Assembly: GCA_035649095.1 (NCBI GenBank)
Contig: DASRKF010000142.1
Location: 1 to 45,856, forward strand
Direction: 5' to 3'
Length of the DNA stretch: 45,856 bases
Origin: Candidatus Deferrimicrobium sp.
GTDB taxonomy: Bacteria; Caldisericota; Caldisericia; Cryosericales; Cryosericaceae
The translations under genes were made by a program, and so were the position numbers. Positions 8,585 through 18,029 of this stretch are shown piece by piece (within the stretch, counting starts at the first letter, position 1; the number at the start of each line of letters is the position of its first letter). The notes below the pieces were generated by a model. The model was not told the origin of the DNA and did not search any database. It saw only the letters and a list, made by a program, of their open reading frames with translations.

Positions 8585-10477
8585 ATGAATGGCAAACGCA
8601 TCTATAGCATCGCAGGAGGCCAGTGTGGCCGCGAGACCCTGCTCGCCATCCTCCGCGAACATCCGGAGATTCGCTTCGTCTCTCTCGTGGCGATCGACCT
8701 TGCCGGCAACGACACCGACGAGCGTATCCCCATCCAGACTTTTGTCGCCGACATCGACGCGTTTCTGGCCGGAAAGGCTGTCCAGACCGACGGTTCGTCT
8801 GTCGTGCTGGGCGGCATGACCTCGCTGGACGATGCGCAGGTCGATCTTGCGCCGGACTTGACAGCCACCTGGTTCGTCGACTACAACGAGGAACACGCGG
8901 ACCACGAGACTGGTCTCCCGGTGGGGACTCTACGTATCCCGTCCTTTCTGGTTCACCGCGGTGAGCGCATCGACTCGCGTTCTCTTCTTGCAGCCACAGT
9001 GGAGTATGCACGGGCGGAAATCCTGAAGCTTGTGCGCGACCATGCCTCGTCTCCACTGCTTGCTCACCTCGAGCCGGCGCGGCTTGCGGGCATCGAGTTC
9101 ACCGTCGGGACAGAACTGGAGTTCTGGGTCAAGACTCCGACCGATACGGCAAACGTCGAGGAACTCTCGGCAGCGCAGATGCTGCAGGAAAACTACTGGC
9201 AGCGCACGCGAGGTGTCGCCCGGACTGCTCTCGAACAGGCTGTGATGGCACTTGAAGCATATGGTCTGCACCCCGAGATGGGCCATAAGGAAGTCGGCGG
9301 CGTCAAGGCAGCCATCGGGGCCGGCGGCGAACTGACCCACGTCATGGAGCAGATGGAAATCGACTGGCGGTATGCCCCAGCGCTCCAGGCCGCCGACAAT
9401 GAACTCCTTGCGCGCATCCTGGTGAAGGAAACGTTCCGCGCCAACGGCCTCAAGGTCACCTTCAAGGCCAAACCCATCCCGGGCGTCGCAGGTTCCGGCG
9501 AACATACGCACCTGGGCATCGCGGGTGTCCTGCCCAGCGGCAGGCACATCAACCTCTTCGCACCCGCGGACATGCATGCCGACTTCCTGAGTGTGATCGG
9601 ATACGGAGCGCTGATGGGTCTTCTCCGCAACTACGAAGTCGTCGGTCCGTTCATCTCTGCAAGCAACGATGCCTTCAACAGGCTCAAACCTGGTTTTGAA
9701 GCACCCGTCTGCATCGTCGCGGCGCTGGGACTCGACCCCGCCACCCCGTCACGCAACCGCACGGTCCTGGCAGGCCTGGTCCGAGACGTCGACAACCCGC
9801 GTGCCACCCGTTTCGAACTGCGGGCTCCCAACGCCTACACCAACACTTACCTTGCCGTAGCCGCGTCCATCCTCGCAATGCTTGACGGCATCAGGTGGGC
9901 GGTCGAGTCCGGCACGCCACCCGAAGCACTCCTCGCGGAGATCTCCAAGAAGGCAGGTGAGCCCGGAAGCTACCTTGAGCAGGACCGGGCGTACCGGGCA
10001 GAAGAGAACGTCTTCGAGAACTTCACACAGGAAGAGCGCGACCATCTCTTTGGCGTTCCTCCGGCCACCGTGTGGGAGAACATGCAGAATCTGGTGGCTT
10101 TTCCGGACCGCATTCGCGTTCTGACCGCAGGAAGTAGCCTGACACCACGCGTGATCAACGCTTTCCGCAGTGCAGCCACTGCCCGGTGGAAGCACGAACT
10201 GCTGGTGCGCATCATCCCCGAAGACCTGGACACGGTACGGGCCTGTCAGCCACTCGAGCTCGCCAGTGATCGAGCCCTGGACCTCTGGAACCGTATCGAC
10301 GCCCTGCGTCACGAGCTGGCCGACGATACAGCCGGAAATCCCGCCCTGTGTACCCGGCTGATGTCCGCTCTTTCCAGCGACTCCCTGGAGGAAGCTTCAC
10401 GGCTTCAGCTCGTCCTCGCCGATCGAATGGACCATCTGCGGAAGCTGGAGGACGAATACCACAAGCTCGTGTTCTAA
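8585..10477 (+). CDS. glnA: Glutamine synthetase (long ~630-aa type)
   Basis: TDGSS, GTELEFW, GHKEVGG, EQMEIDW, AGSGEHTH, NRLKPGFEAP, RFELRAP; GAGGAG RBS. Confidence 0.9.
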   Translation: MNGKRIYSIAGGQCGRETLLAILREHPEIRFVSLVAIDLAGNDTDERIPIQTFVADIDAFLAGKAVQTDGSSVVLGGMTSLDDAQVDLAPDLTATWFVDYNEEHADHETGLPVGTLRIPSFLVHRGERIDSRSLLAATVEYARAEILKLVRDHASSPLLAHLEPARLAGIEFTVGTELEFWVKTPTDTANVEELSAAQMLQENYWQRTRGVARTALEQAVMALEAYGLHPEMGHKEVGGVKAAIGAGGELTHVMEQMEIDWRYAPALQAADNELLARILVKETFRANGLKVTFKAKPIPGVAGSGEHTHLGIAGVLPSGRHINLFAPADMHADFLSVIGYGALMGLLRNYEVVGPFISASNDAFNRLKPGFEAPVCIVAALGLDPATPSRNRTVLAGLVRDVDNPRATRFELRAPNAYTNTYLAVAASILAMLDGIRWAVESGTPPEALLAEISKKAGEPGSYLEQDRAYRAEENVFENFTQEERDHLFGVPPATVWENMQNLVAFPDRIRVLTAGSSLTPRVINAFRSAATARWKHELLVRIIPEDLDTVRACQPLELASDRALDLWNRIDALRHELADDTAGNPALCTRLMSALSSDSLEEASRLQLVLADRMDHLRKLEDEYHKLVF

Positions 10478-10485
10478 CGTGCAAT

Positions 10486-10520
10486 CGGGCGGACCTTCCG
10501 GTCCGCCCGGGAGTTTCTTT
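10486..10520 (+). terminator. Intrinsic terminator of glnA
   Basis: CGGGCGGACC-ttcc-GGTCCGCCCG followed by a T-rich tract. Confidence 0.75.
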
Positions 10521-10531
10521 GTCGTACAGTC

Positions 10532-10595
10532 TGTCATTCCCCCCCGAGTATTTCTTTTCAATACAAGGGGTGCTTTCGGCGAAAGCGGGAATCCA
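10532..10595 (-). repeat. REP/SRU-like structured repeat, copy 1
   Basis: GTCATTCCC...GCGAAAGCGGGAATCC frame enclosing AAAGCACCCCT-N17-CTCGGGGG (minus strand). Confidence 0.7.
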
Positions 10596-10631
10596 TTCCC
10601 TTCGGGCATTACCTCAATCGGGTCAGGTCTT

Positions 10632-11090
10632 CTACTTCTCCACCGTCAGCTCACTGGTGCAATGTGGGCACCGAGTAGCGTCGATCGAAATCTCCGACTT
10701 GCAGAAAGGGCACTCCTTGGTCGTGGGAGTCGGGGGCGTGACCACGATCTTCTTCTCGGTCATCTCTCTCAACCTGTTCATCGCCCTCACCATGAAGAAA
10801 ATGACCAGTGAGATGAGGAAGAAATCGATGACCGCTCCGAGGAACAGGCCGATATTGATGGTCGGCGCTCCTGCAGCTTGGGCTGCGTCGAATGTCGGAT
10901 ACCTCGTGCGTTCCAGATTAATGTAGAGGCTGGCGAAATTGACGCGCCCCAATAGTAGACCGATCGGGGGCATCAGGATGTCGTTGACAAAAGACGTGAT
11001 GACCTTACCGACAGCGCCACCGATAATGATACCGATAGCCAGGTCGATCATACTGCCTTTCAAAGCGAACCGCTTGAACTCATTCCACAT
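10632..11090 (-). CDS. mscL: Large-conductance mechanosensitive channel with C-terminal zinc ribbon
   Basis: EFKRFALKGSMIDLAIGIIIG, DILMPPIG; CPFC...CPHC tail. Confidence 0.95.
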   Translation of the reverse strand: MWNEFKRFALKGSMIDLAIGIIIGGAVGKVITSFVNDILMPPIGLLLGRVNFASLYINLERTRYPTFDAAQAAGAPTINIGLFLGAVIDFFLISLVIFFMVRAMNRLREMTEKKIVVTPPTPTTKECPFCKSEISIDATRCPHCTSELTVEK

Positions 11091-11160
11091 GGGCTACCTC
11101 CACGTGAAGTATAGCGACTGCTCGTGGCATCGCGAGTCAGAGAGGTTCACCTTGTAGCGT

Positions 11161-11272
11161 GTCATCCCCGCCTTCGCCGAAAGCACCCCTCACCTTGAAC
11201 CAAAGGGCTCGGGGGGCAGAGCGCCACTCAAAAGCACCCCTCGCATTGGACTAACATGCTCGGGGGAACGAC
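11161..11272 (+). repeat. REP/SRU-like structured repeat, copies 2 and 3 (tandem)
   Basis: AAAGCACCCCT-N17-CTCGGGGG at ~11180 and ~11231; copy 2 also shares CCCGCyTTCGCCG with copy 1. Confidence 0.7.
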
Positions 11273-11346
11273 GGAAAAAGGCTCACCGGCGAGGAGGACG
11301 TTGCATGCAGTTCTCGAGGCGGTATACTTTTGCTTGTGAAAAGCAA

Positions 11347-12753
11347 ATGGAGGATCTGACAGTGGTGCCCGCCGTGAAGCACTCGCAGCCCGGCGTTCTC
11401 CGTCGACTCATGCCGGCGAGTCCCGCTCAACGCATTTTTCTGAGTTTCACGATCGTTATTCTTGTCGGGACCTTCCTTCTGCTGTTGCCACAGTCGAATA
11501 CCGGCGTCCGACCCGGTTTTCTCAGAGCCTTGTTCACGGCTACCAGTGCCACCTGCGTGACGGGTCTCGTCGTCGTCGATACCGGCTCGTTCTGGTCGAC
11601 GTCCGGGCAGGTCGTGATCCTCCTGCTCATCCAGGTCGGCGGCCTCGGCTACATGGTCCTCACGACGATGCTCATGGCCACCTTTCGGAACTCGAGGCTC
11701 CACGTGCGCCAGACCGGTGACTTCCGCGAGAGCATCAGTGCACCATCGCACCGCGATCCCCGCAGTTTCGCCCGTCTCATCGCGTCCACGGTGATCGTCT
11801 GCGAAGGACTCGGGGCCCTGTTCCTTACTCTCCGCTTCCTCCGTGACATGCCGGCGGGCAGAGCTATCTGGAACGGCGTCTTCATGGGTGTCAGCGCCTT
11901 CTGCAATGCCGGCTTCGACATCCTGGGCAAGAACATGACGAGTCTCGAGACGTACGCTGGCGACCTCACGGTCAACCTCATTGTGCCCGTACTCATCATC
12001 CTGGGCGGGCTGGGCTTCCTCGTCATCGACGAACTCAGGCAGCGCTTGTCGCCCACACGGCACAAGAGGCTGTCGACGCATACCCGTACAGTCCTGAGCA
12101 TTTCGACGGTCCTTGTCGTCGGTGGAGCTCTGATGATCTTCATCCTCGAAAGCATGAACCCGGGGGTGTTCGCGTCACTCTCTTTGAAAGACCGTGTGCT
12201 GGTATCCTGGTTTCAGTCAGTGACTGCACGGACAGCAGGATTTGACACCGTACGCCTTGGCAACATGCATGCCAGTTCTCTGATGCTCATCATCGTGCTC
12301 ATGTTCATCGGTGCCTCTCCCGGCGGCACGGGCGGGGGTGTCAAGACGACAACATTCGCAGTCGTGGCAGCGTCTATCTGGAGTTCCGTCATCGGATCGG
12401 ATCAGGCACATCTCGGCAACCGGGGCGTCCGCACCGACAGCGTCAAGAAGGCCATCATCGTATTCTCTCTCAGCCTGATCCTGGTCTTTGGCGGGACGTT
12501 TCTACTGGCCGTGATGGATGGGGAAAGGTTCTCCACACTCAACCTTCTGTTCGAGGTCACGTCGGCGTTCGGGACCGTCGGACTCAGCCCCGGCATCACG
12601 CCCGACCTGTCGGCCGGATCTAAAATCGTCCTCATCGCGACCATGCTGGCCGGACGTGTCGGGGTCCTGACGGCCATGCTGACACTACTTGCCCCCGTTC
12701 GCACGCTCGAATGCCGGCTTCACTTCGCTGAAGACGACGTCGCCATTGGATAG
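11347..12753 (+). CDS. ktrB: Trk/Ktr potassium uptake membrane subunit (TrkH/KtrB)
   Basis: Selectivity-filter motifs SATCVTG, SAFCNAG, TARTAG, SAFGTVG; GGTGGGVKTTT; start position uncertain. Confidence 0.92.
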   Translation: MEDLTVVPAVKHSQPGVLRRLMPASPAQRIFLSFTIVILVGTFLLLLPQSNTGVRPGFLRALFTATSATCVTGLVVVDTGSFWSTSGQVVILLLIQVGGLGYMVLTTMLMATFRNSRLHVRQTGDFRESISAPSHRDPRSFARLIASTVIVCEGLGALFLTLRFLRDMPAGRAIWNGVFMGVSAFCNAGFDILGKNMTSLETYAGDLTVNLIVPVLIILGGLGFLVIDELRQRLSPTRHKRLSTHTRTVLSISTVLVVGGALMIFILESMNPGVFASLSLKDRVLVSWFQSVTARTAGFDTVRLGNMHASSLMLIIVLMFIGASPGGTGGGVKTTTFAVVAASIWSSVIGSDQAHLGNRGVRTDSVKKAIIVFSLSLILVFGGTFLLAVMDGERFSTLNLLFEVTSAFGTVGLSPGITPDLSAGSKIVLIATMLAGRVGVLTAMLTLLAPVRTLECRLHFAEDDVAIG

Positions 12754-12764
12754 GAGGAATTATC

Positions 12765-13424
12765 ATGAAACCACAGATAGGCGTCATTGGTCTTGGAAAG
12801 TTTGGCAGATCTTGCGCCATCCGCCTGGCCGAGCTGGGATTTGAGGTCCTGGGTGTCGATGAGAAGCAGGAGAACGTCGACGCTGTCAAAGATGACATCG
12901 CCCTGGCCGTCGTCGCAGACACAACGGACCCGGCCGAACTCGAGGCTGCGGGCATCAAAAACTGCGACACCGTGGTCCTGACCATCGGAGCGGAGATCGA
13001 ACACAGCGTTCTCACCGCAGTCGTGTTGAAAGAGATGGGCATACGCCACCTGGTGGCACGGGCATCGTCCGACCTGCACGGGAAACTTCTGATGCGTATC
13101 GGAGCCGATGACGTGGTCTTCCCGGAGCATGATATGGCTGTCCGCCTCGCCAACCGCCTCAGTCTTTCCAGCCTCTACGACTTCCTCGAATCGTCCCCGG
13201 ACTACGACATCGTGGAGGTCCCGATTCCTCGTGCTGCGGCAGGCAAGACGCTCCGAGATCTCAACTATCGCGCGCGCTTCGAGATCAATGTGGTCGGGAT
13301 CCGGCGTGGAGGAGAAGTTCTCATCACGCTCCACTCCGACGAGCTCCTCCAGGCGAATGACCGCCTCATCATTCTGGGGAGTGTCGCGAACCTCCATCGG
13401 TTCGCCAGTCAGACGCATTCATGA
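12765..13424 (+). CDS. ktrA: Trk/Ktr potassium uptake RCK subunit (TrkA/KtrA)
   Basis: GVIGLGKFG, IGADDVVFPE and a TrkA-C domain. Confidence 0.93.
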   Translation: MKPQIGVIGLGKFGRSCAIRLAELGFEVLGVDEKQENVDAVKDDIALAVVADTTDPAELEAAGIKNCDTVVLTIGAEIEHSVLTAVVLKEMGIRHLVARASSDLHGKLLMRIGADDVVFPEHDMAVRLANRLSLSSLYDFLESSPDYDIVEVPIPRAAAGKTLRDLNYRARFEINVVGIRRGGEVLITLHSDELLQANDRLIILGSVANLHRFASQTHS

Positions 13425-15067
13425 GGAATCGGGTCGGCCCGCAATCGCTCCGCGGCTCACTGCTCCGTGTGGTTGCCGGAGTACTGGTCCTGGCGGTGCT
13501 GACGAGCGCAAGCGGGTGTGCGGCGCCAGGACACCAGGTCCTCGCCATCGACTCCTACGACATGACCGAGGTCGACCATCTGCTGAGTTCGGCTGCGCCC
13601 GCTGCACGTGGCATGGCCCTGGTCGTCGTGAAGGATGGGAAGGTCATCGAGAGTGCCGGCTACGCCAAATTCGGCCCCGGGACAGTCGTGGACATTGGCT
13701 CCGCTTCACGCTGGCTGGCCGCGGCGGCGATGATGACCCTGGTGGACCAGGGCACGCTTGCGCTGGACGACCCCGTTGCCAAATATCTGCCCGAGTTCAC
13801 CGGCGAGAAGGCCGGCATCACGATACGACAGCTGTGGTCCTATGATTCTGGACTGCCGGCAACAGATCCTTCGATCACGGACCGGACACTGACGCTGGAG
13901 GAATGTGTCAAACGTATCGCCGCTGGACCCATGATCACTCTGCCCGGCACCACCGTGAGTGACGGATCTGTTGCCATCCAGGTCGGAGCCCGCGTCTGCG
14001 AGGTCATCAGCGGGATGACGTGGCAGGAATTTTTCCGTGTCCATATCGCCGAACCTCTCGGGATGGACAGCACAAGCTTCAACCTGATGGGTTTCAACCG
14101 GAATCCAGACGTGGCCGGCGGAGCACGCTCGACAGCCGACGACTATTCCCGGTTCCTGACCATGCTCCTGCAGCGCGGCGTCTGGTCCGGCAAGCACATC
14201 CTCTCGGAGCAGGCCGTCGCCCAGATCGAGCAGGACCAGGCTGCCGCGTCCACCATCGCTGTGACTCCCTATACCACAGTCTCGTCGCTTCTCCCCTCGA
14301 TCAGCGGTGCCCGTCCAGGGCTGGGCATGTGGCGCGAGGAAACCGACCCTGGCATTGGAACCCTCCTCATCGCCTCCTGCCCCGGTACCTACGGGTTTAC
14401 GCCATGGATCGACTATAAGCTGAACCTCGCAGGGGTCCTGTCCATGAAGTACGACCTGGCCAAAGCCGCCTACGACATCATGCGCGTGCGCCAGCTCGTG
14501 CCCCAGGCAATCGCCGCCGGACTTCGGTTCAAAGATGTCCCTGCCACATCGTGGACCTTCGCTGCAGTCACTGACCTGAGCGCCCGCGGTCTCGTCACCG
14601 GGTATGAGGACGGCAAGTTCCATCCGGACAACGCGGTGACGAGGGCAGAGTATGCCAAGCTGATCTGCAGTGCCCTCGGTATCCAGCCGCTCGCCATCAC
14701 GTCAGATCCCTTCAAGGATGTCACGTCCGCTCACTGGGCGGCAGGCTACATCGCTGCTGCTGTCGGCAAGGGCTGGCTGACCGGGTACCCCGGAGGTCTG
14801 TTCAAGCCCGACGAACCCGTGAGTATGGCTCAGGCACTTGTGGTCATCACACGTTCACAGGGCTGGAACGACAAGGCAACTCTTCCCTATGCTGACGTCC
14901 AACCTGGCTACTGGGCCCACGCGTTCATCGAGGCCTGCTTCATCAGGGGCATCATCAAGAACCCCGACCCCGGCATCGAATCCGATGGAAAGCTGAGTCC
15001 CGAGGGTCATTGCACACGCGCCCAGGCATGCGTTCTCCTCAGCCGTCTGCTTGCGCTGAAACCCTGA
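13421..15067 (+). CDS. Beta-lactamase/serine-hydrolase-fold lipoprotein with C-terminal SLH domains (catalytic motifs degenerate)
   Basis: Lipobox-like ASGC; LDDPVAKYLPE, ITIRQL; SLH repeats FKDV..W, GYEDGKFHPDNAVTRAE. Confidence 0.85.
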   Translation: MRNRVGPQSLRGSLLRVVAGVLVLAVLTSASGCAAPGHQVLAIDSYDMTEVDHLLSSAAPAARGMALVVVKDGKVIESAGYAKFGPGTVVDIGSASRWLAAAAMMTLVDQGTLALDDPVAKYLPEFTGEKAGITIRQLWSYDSGLPATDPSITDRTLTLEECVKRIAAGPMITLPGTTVSDGSVAIQVGARVCEVISGMTWQEFFRVHIAEPLGMDSTSFNLMGFNRNPDVAGGARSTADDYSRFLTMLLQRGVWSGKHILSEQAVAQIEQDQAAASTIAVTPYTTVSSLLPSISGARPGLGMWREETDPGIGTLLIASCPGTYGFTPWIDYKLNLAGVLSMKYDLAKAAYDIMRVRQLVPQAIAAGLRFKDVPATSWTFAAVTDLSARGLVTGYEDGKFHPDNAVTRAEYAKLICSALGIQPLAITSDPFKDVTSAHWAAGYIAAAVGKGWLTGYPGGLFKPDEPVSMAQALVVITRSQGWNDKATLPYADVQPGYWAHAFIEACFIRGIIKNPDPGIESDGKLSPEGHCTRAQACVLLSRLLALKP

Positions 15068-15112
15068 CCCTCCGTTCAACGCTGTAACATTGGGTCTGTC
15101 CCCAATACTACA

Positions 15113-15138
15113 AACGCCCCGGAGTAATCCGGGGCGTT
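15113..15138. terminator. Bidirectional terminator hairpin
   Basis: AACGCCCCGGA-gtaa-TCCGGGGCGTT between convergent genes. Confidence 0.75.
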
Positions 15139-15165
15139 CTGCATTCAGGAAACTTGGGCAAGCAA

Positions 15166-15465
15166 CTAATCGTCTTCGTCGTCCTCGGCTTCGTCCGTTT
15201 CTTCCTCTTCCTTTTCCTCGTCGTCCCAGTCGATGTCGCTGTCGGCAAGGTCCTCGAGGATATCCTGAAGGTCGTCCAGCCGATCCATCAGATCATCGAT
15301 AGCATCGTCCGTCAGGTCGGACGCATCGATCTGTTCATATGCCTCATCAAGCTCTGCTCGCAAGCGTGCTGCTTCTTCCACTGCAACGTTATCCTCGTCC
15401 AGCTCACTGACCTTCAGTTCGAGCGCACTGACTATTCCCTCGAGCCGTACTCTCTCGTCATCCAT
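15166..15465 (-). CDS. Small, extremely acidic hypothetical protein
   Basis: GGGAGG RBS; 99 aa, coiled-coil-like N-terminus and D/E tail. Confidence 0.8.
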   Translation of the reverse strand: MDDERVRLEGIVSALELKVSELDEDNVAVEEAARLRAELDEAYEQIDASDLTDDAIDDLMDRLDDLQDILEDLADSDIDWDDEEKEEEETDEAEDDEDD

Positions 15466-15548
15466 GACTTCCTCCCATGCAAATATGCGGGTGTGATGCC
15501 GGCACTATAGATAAAACGCCCCACGTTTCAAGTCTCTGAGAGAAATGC

Positions 15549-15578
15549 CAGACGGCCGGGCAAAAACCCGGCCGTCTG
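15549..15578 (-). terminator. Terminator hairpin downstream of the DUF4342 gene
   Basis: CAGACGGCCGGG-caaaaa-CCCGGCCGTCTG, perfect 12-bp stem. Confidence 0.65.
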
Positions 15579-15608
15579 CAGTACCCCAGCAAGGGAATAG
15601 TATTGTGC

Positions 15609-15902
15609 CTAAGTCTCAGTCTTGTCGATGCACGAGCCCTCGACGGTCGGTTTCGCCGGCGCGTCGACAAGCTCTACGGCAATGGTATAGGACGCCGCGA
15701 GAGCGGCGACTGCCCCGATGGCCGCCCACACGGGAAGCAAGACCGCGCCCACGACACCTGCGGTAAGTGGGACCTCAAACAGCGCGATGCCGTCCTTGTT
15801 CTTAATCGTGACACGCCGGACGTTGCCCTGATGGACCAGGTCCTTGACCTGCTGCAGCAGCTTCTCACCGCTGACCTTGAACTCTTCCGTTCGATTGCTC
15901 AT
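15609..15902 (-). CDS. DUF4342 domain protein
   Basis: EEFKVSGEKLLQQVKDLVHQGNVRRVTIK...EVPLTAGVVG signature. Confidence 0.85.
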   Translation of the reverse strand: MSNRTEEFKVSGEKLLQQVKDLVHQGNVRRVTIKNKDGIALFEVPLTAGVVGAVLLPVWAAIGAVAALAASYTIAVELVDAPAKPTVEGSCIDKTET

Positions 15903-16075
15903 ATCTCATCTCCTCTGATATTGTCGCAGATTTGCAGGATCACTGCGCTGTGCCTGTCCTGCCGTCACCATGTCTACGCAGGTGAAGGAGCCGAGGTTAC
16001 ATGGCCGCTGGTACGGCTGCCCCGTGAGGCTATACTAATGAGGAACACGGCCCCACCGCGGAAGGGAGGAACCTC

Positions 16076-16969
16076 ATGGAGAAACGACCATTTGGCAAGA
16101 CTGGTGTTGAACTCCCGATCCTGAGCCTCGGATGCCAGCGACTGGTGGATGAGGAAGGTTGCAGCCAGGACCAGGCTGTTGCGATCCTTGAAGAGGCCCT
16201 GAAACGCGGTGTGTGCTACTTCGACACGGCACCTGCCTACTCGGAGGGCGAGAGCGAACGGCGTGTCGGTCTGGTGGCTGCCAAGCGGCGCACGGACATG
16301 TGGATAGCGACCAAAGTCAATGAGACCACGCGGGACGGTGCCCGTCGACAGCTTGAGGCGAGTCTCGGCCGACTGCAGACCGACCATGTGGAAGAAGTGC
16401 GTCTGCACAACGTCTTCAACTTTGATCGGCTGGATGCCATGACCGGCAAGGACGGGGCGCTCCAGGCTTTGATCGAGGCGCGAGACGAGGGGATGGTCCG
16501 GTTTATCAGCATCTCGGGACATGCAAATCCACAGGTGCTTGTCGAAGCCATCCGCCGATTTCCGTTCGACACTGCCCTGTGCGCCGTCTCGGCACTGGAC
16601 CATTTCATCTACAGTTTCGCAGAGGAGTTTCTGCCATTTGCGCTCCAGAAATGCATGGGAATCGTCGGCATGAAGGTCCTGGGCTGCAAGGCCCTAGCCA
16701 CCGACTGGCAGCGGGCGCTGCGGTACAGCATGGGCCTGCCGGTCACGACCGTCATTCCCGGATGCTCCACGATCGAGCAGCTGGACGGCAACATCGACGT
16801 CGCTGAGAGTTTTGTGCCGATGACCAGCGTCGAGCGCCTGGCATTTTTTCGCGACATCCTGCCAATGGTCACACCGCAGAATATGTACTGGAAATCGAAG
16901 GACTCGGGACGCAAGGACTGGATAGAACGAAAAGAACCATTCGGATTGACGCGCACCGGCTGTCAGTAA
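16076..16969 (+). CDS. Aldo/keto reductase
   Basis: MEKRPFGKTG, YFDTAPAY, IATK, SLGRLQTD, ISISGH. Confidence 0.92.
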   Translation: MEKRPFGKTGVELPILSLGCQRLVDEEGCSQDQAVAILEEALKRGVCYFDTAPAYSEGESERRVGLVAAKRRTDMWIATKVNETTRDGARRQLEASLGRLQTDHVEEVRLHNVFNFDRLDAMTGKDGALQALIEARDEGMVRFISISGHANPQVLVEAIRRFPFDTALCAVSALDHFIYSFAEEFLPFALQKCMGIVGMKVLGCKALATDWQRALRYSMGLPVTTVIPGCSTIEQLDGNIDVAESFVPMTSVERLAFFRDILPMVTPQNMYWKSKDSGRKDWIERKEPFGLTRTGCQ

Positions 16970-16993
16970 TGGTGAGTCACACCGAAAAGGGGG

Positions 16994-18022
16994 ATGCCGA
17001 TGCAGCATGAGCTGACCACGCACGTGGACCTGTTGAACAACAGGGGCGAGCTGAACGAGAAAGGATGGGCACGCCGGCTGGTGGCCACCTACAACCGCGA
17101 ACGCATCGCTGCAAGCTGGCTGCGCATCAAGGAGTGGGACTACTACTGTGTCCTGACTCCGGACTACGGCGTAGCCATGACGATCTCAGACATCGGCTAC
17201 CTGGCCAACATCTCGGTGACCTGGCTGGATTTCGTGAACCAGACTGAGGTCACGGAAACCATCATGAAGCCGTTCACGCGAGGGTCGCTCAACCTGCCAC
17301 GCACGTCCGAGACAGGTGACATCGCGTACAAGGACAGCCGCATCGACCTGCGCTTCACCCGTAACCCTGCCTCACGCGTGCTGACCCTGGATTTCCCGGG
17401 TTTCGACCATGGCAAGGGGATCAAGGGCAGTCTGAGACTGGACCAGGACCCGTCATTGGAAAGCATGGTCATCCTGACCCCGTTCGAACATGCACCGAAG
17501 GCCTTCTACTACAACCAGAAGGTCAACTGCATGCCCGCGACTGGAACCATCACCGTCGGCGGCGTGAACCATGTCTTCGACCCACAGACCTCGGCCGGCG
17601 TCCTCGACTGGGGTCGGGGCGTCTGGCCGTACCGCAACACGTGGTATTGGGGTTCCGGCTCCGGCCGTGTGGACGGGCATTCCTTCGGGTTCAACATCGG
17701 CTACGGGTTTGGCGACACCAGCGCCGCCAGTGAGAACGTCATCTTCTGGGATGGCAGGGTGCACAAGTTCGACCGCATCGAGTTCCAGATCCCGCCGGAC
17801 TCCTTCATCAAGTCCTGGAAGTTCGTGAGCAGTGACGGTCGATTCGACATGGACTTCGAGCCCATCCTGGATCGCCATGCCAAGACTGATATCGGCGTCA
17901 TCAAGACCGTTCAGCATCAGGTCTTTGGGCGCTTCACCGGTGACGCCGTCCTCGACGACGGGACCCGGGTGCACCTCGACCACTTTCTCGGTTTTGCCGA
18001 GAAGGTATTCAACGAATGGTGA
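16994..18022 (+). CDS. DUF2804 family protein
   Basis: RIKEWDYY, FYYNQK.NCMP, LDWGRGVW, FGFNIGYGFGD, HQVFGRF. Confidence 0.85.
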   Translation: MPMQHELTTHVDLLNNRGELNEKGWARRLVATYNRERIAASWLRIKEWDYYCVLTPDYGVAMTISDIGYLANISVTWLDFVNQTEVTETIMKPFTRGSLNLPRTSETGDIAYKDSRIDLRFTRNPASRVLTLDFPGFDHGKGIKGSLRLDQDPSLESMVILTPFEHAPKAFYYNQKVNCMPATGTITVGGVNHVFDPQTSAGVLDWGRGVWPYRNTWYWGSGSGRVDGHSFGFNIGYGFGDTSAASENVIFWDGRVHKFDRIEFQIPPDSFIKSWKFVSSDGRFDMDFEPILDRHAKTDIGVIKTVQHQVFGRFTGDAVLDDGTRVHLDHFLGFAEKVFNEW

Positions 18023-18029
18023 GGCCATC

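Noticed and set aside
15089-15106. ATTGGGTCTGTCCCCAAT REP-like palindrome
   Set aside because: Single clear copy in the window with no associated transposase; insufficient support.
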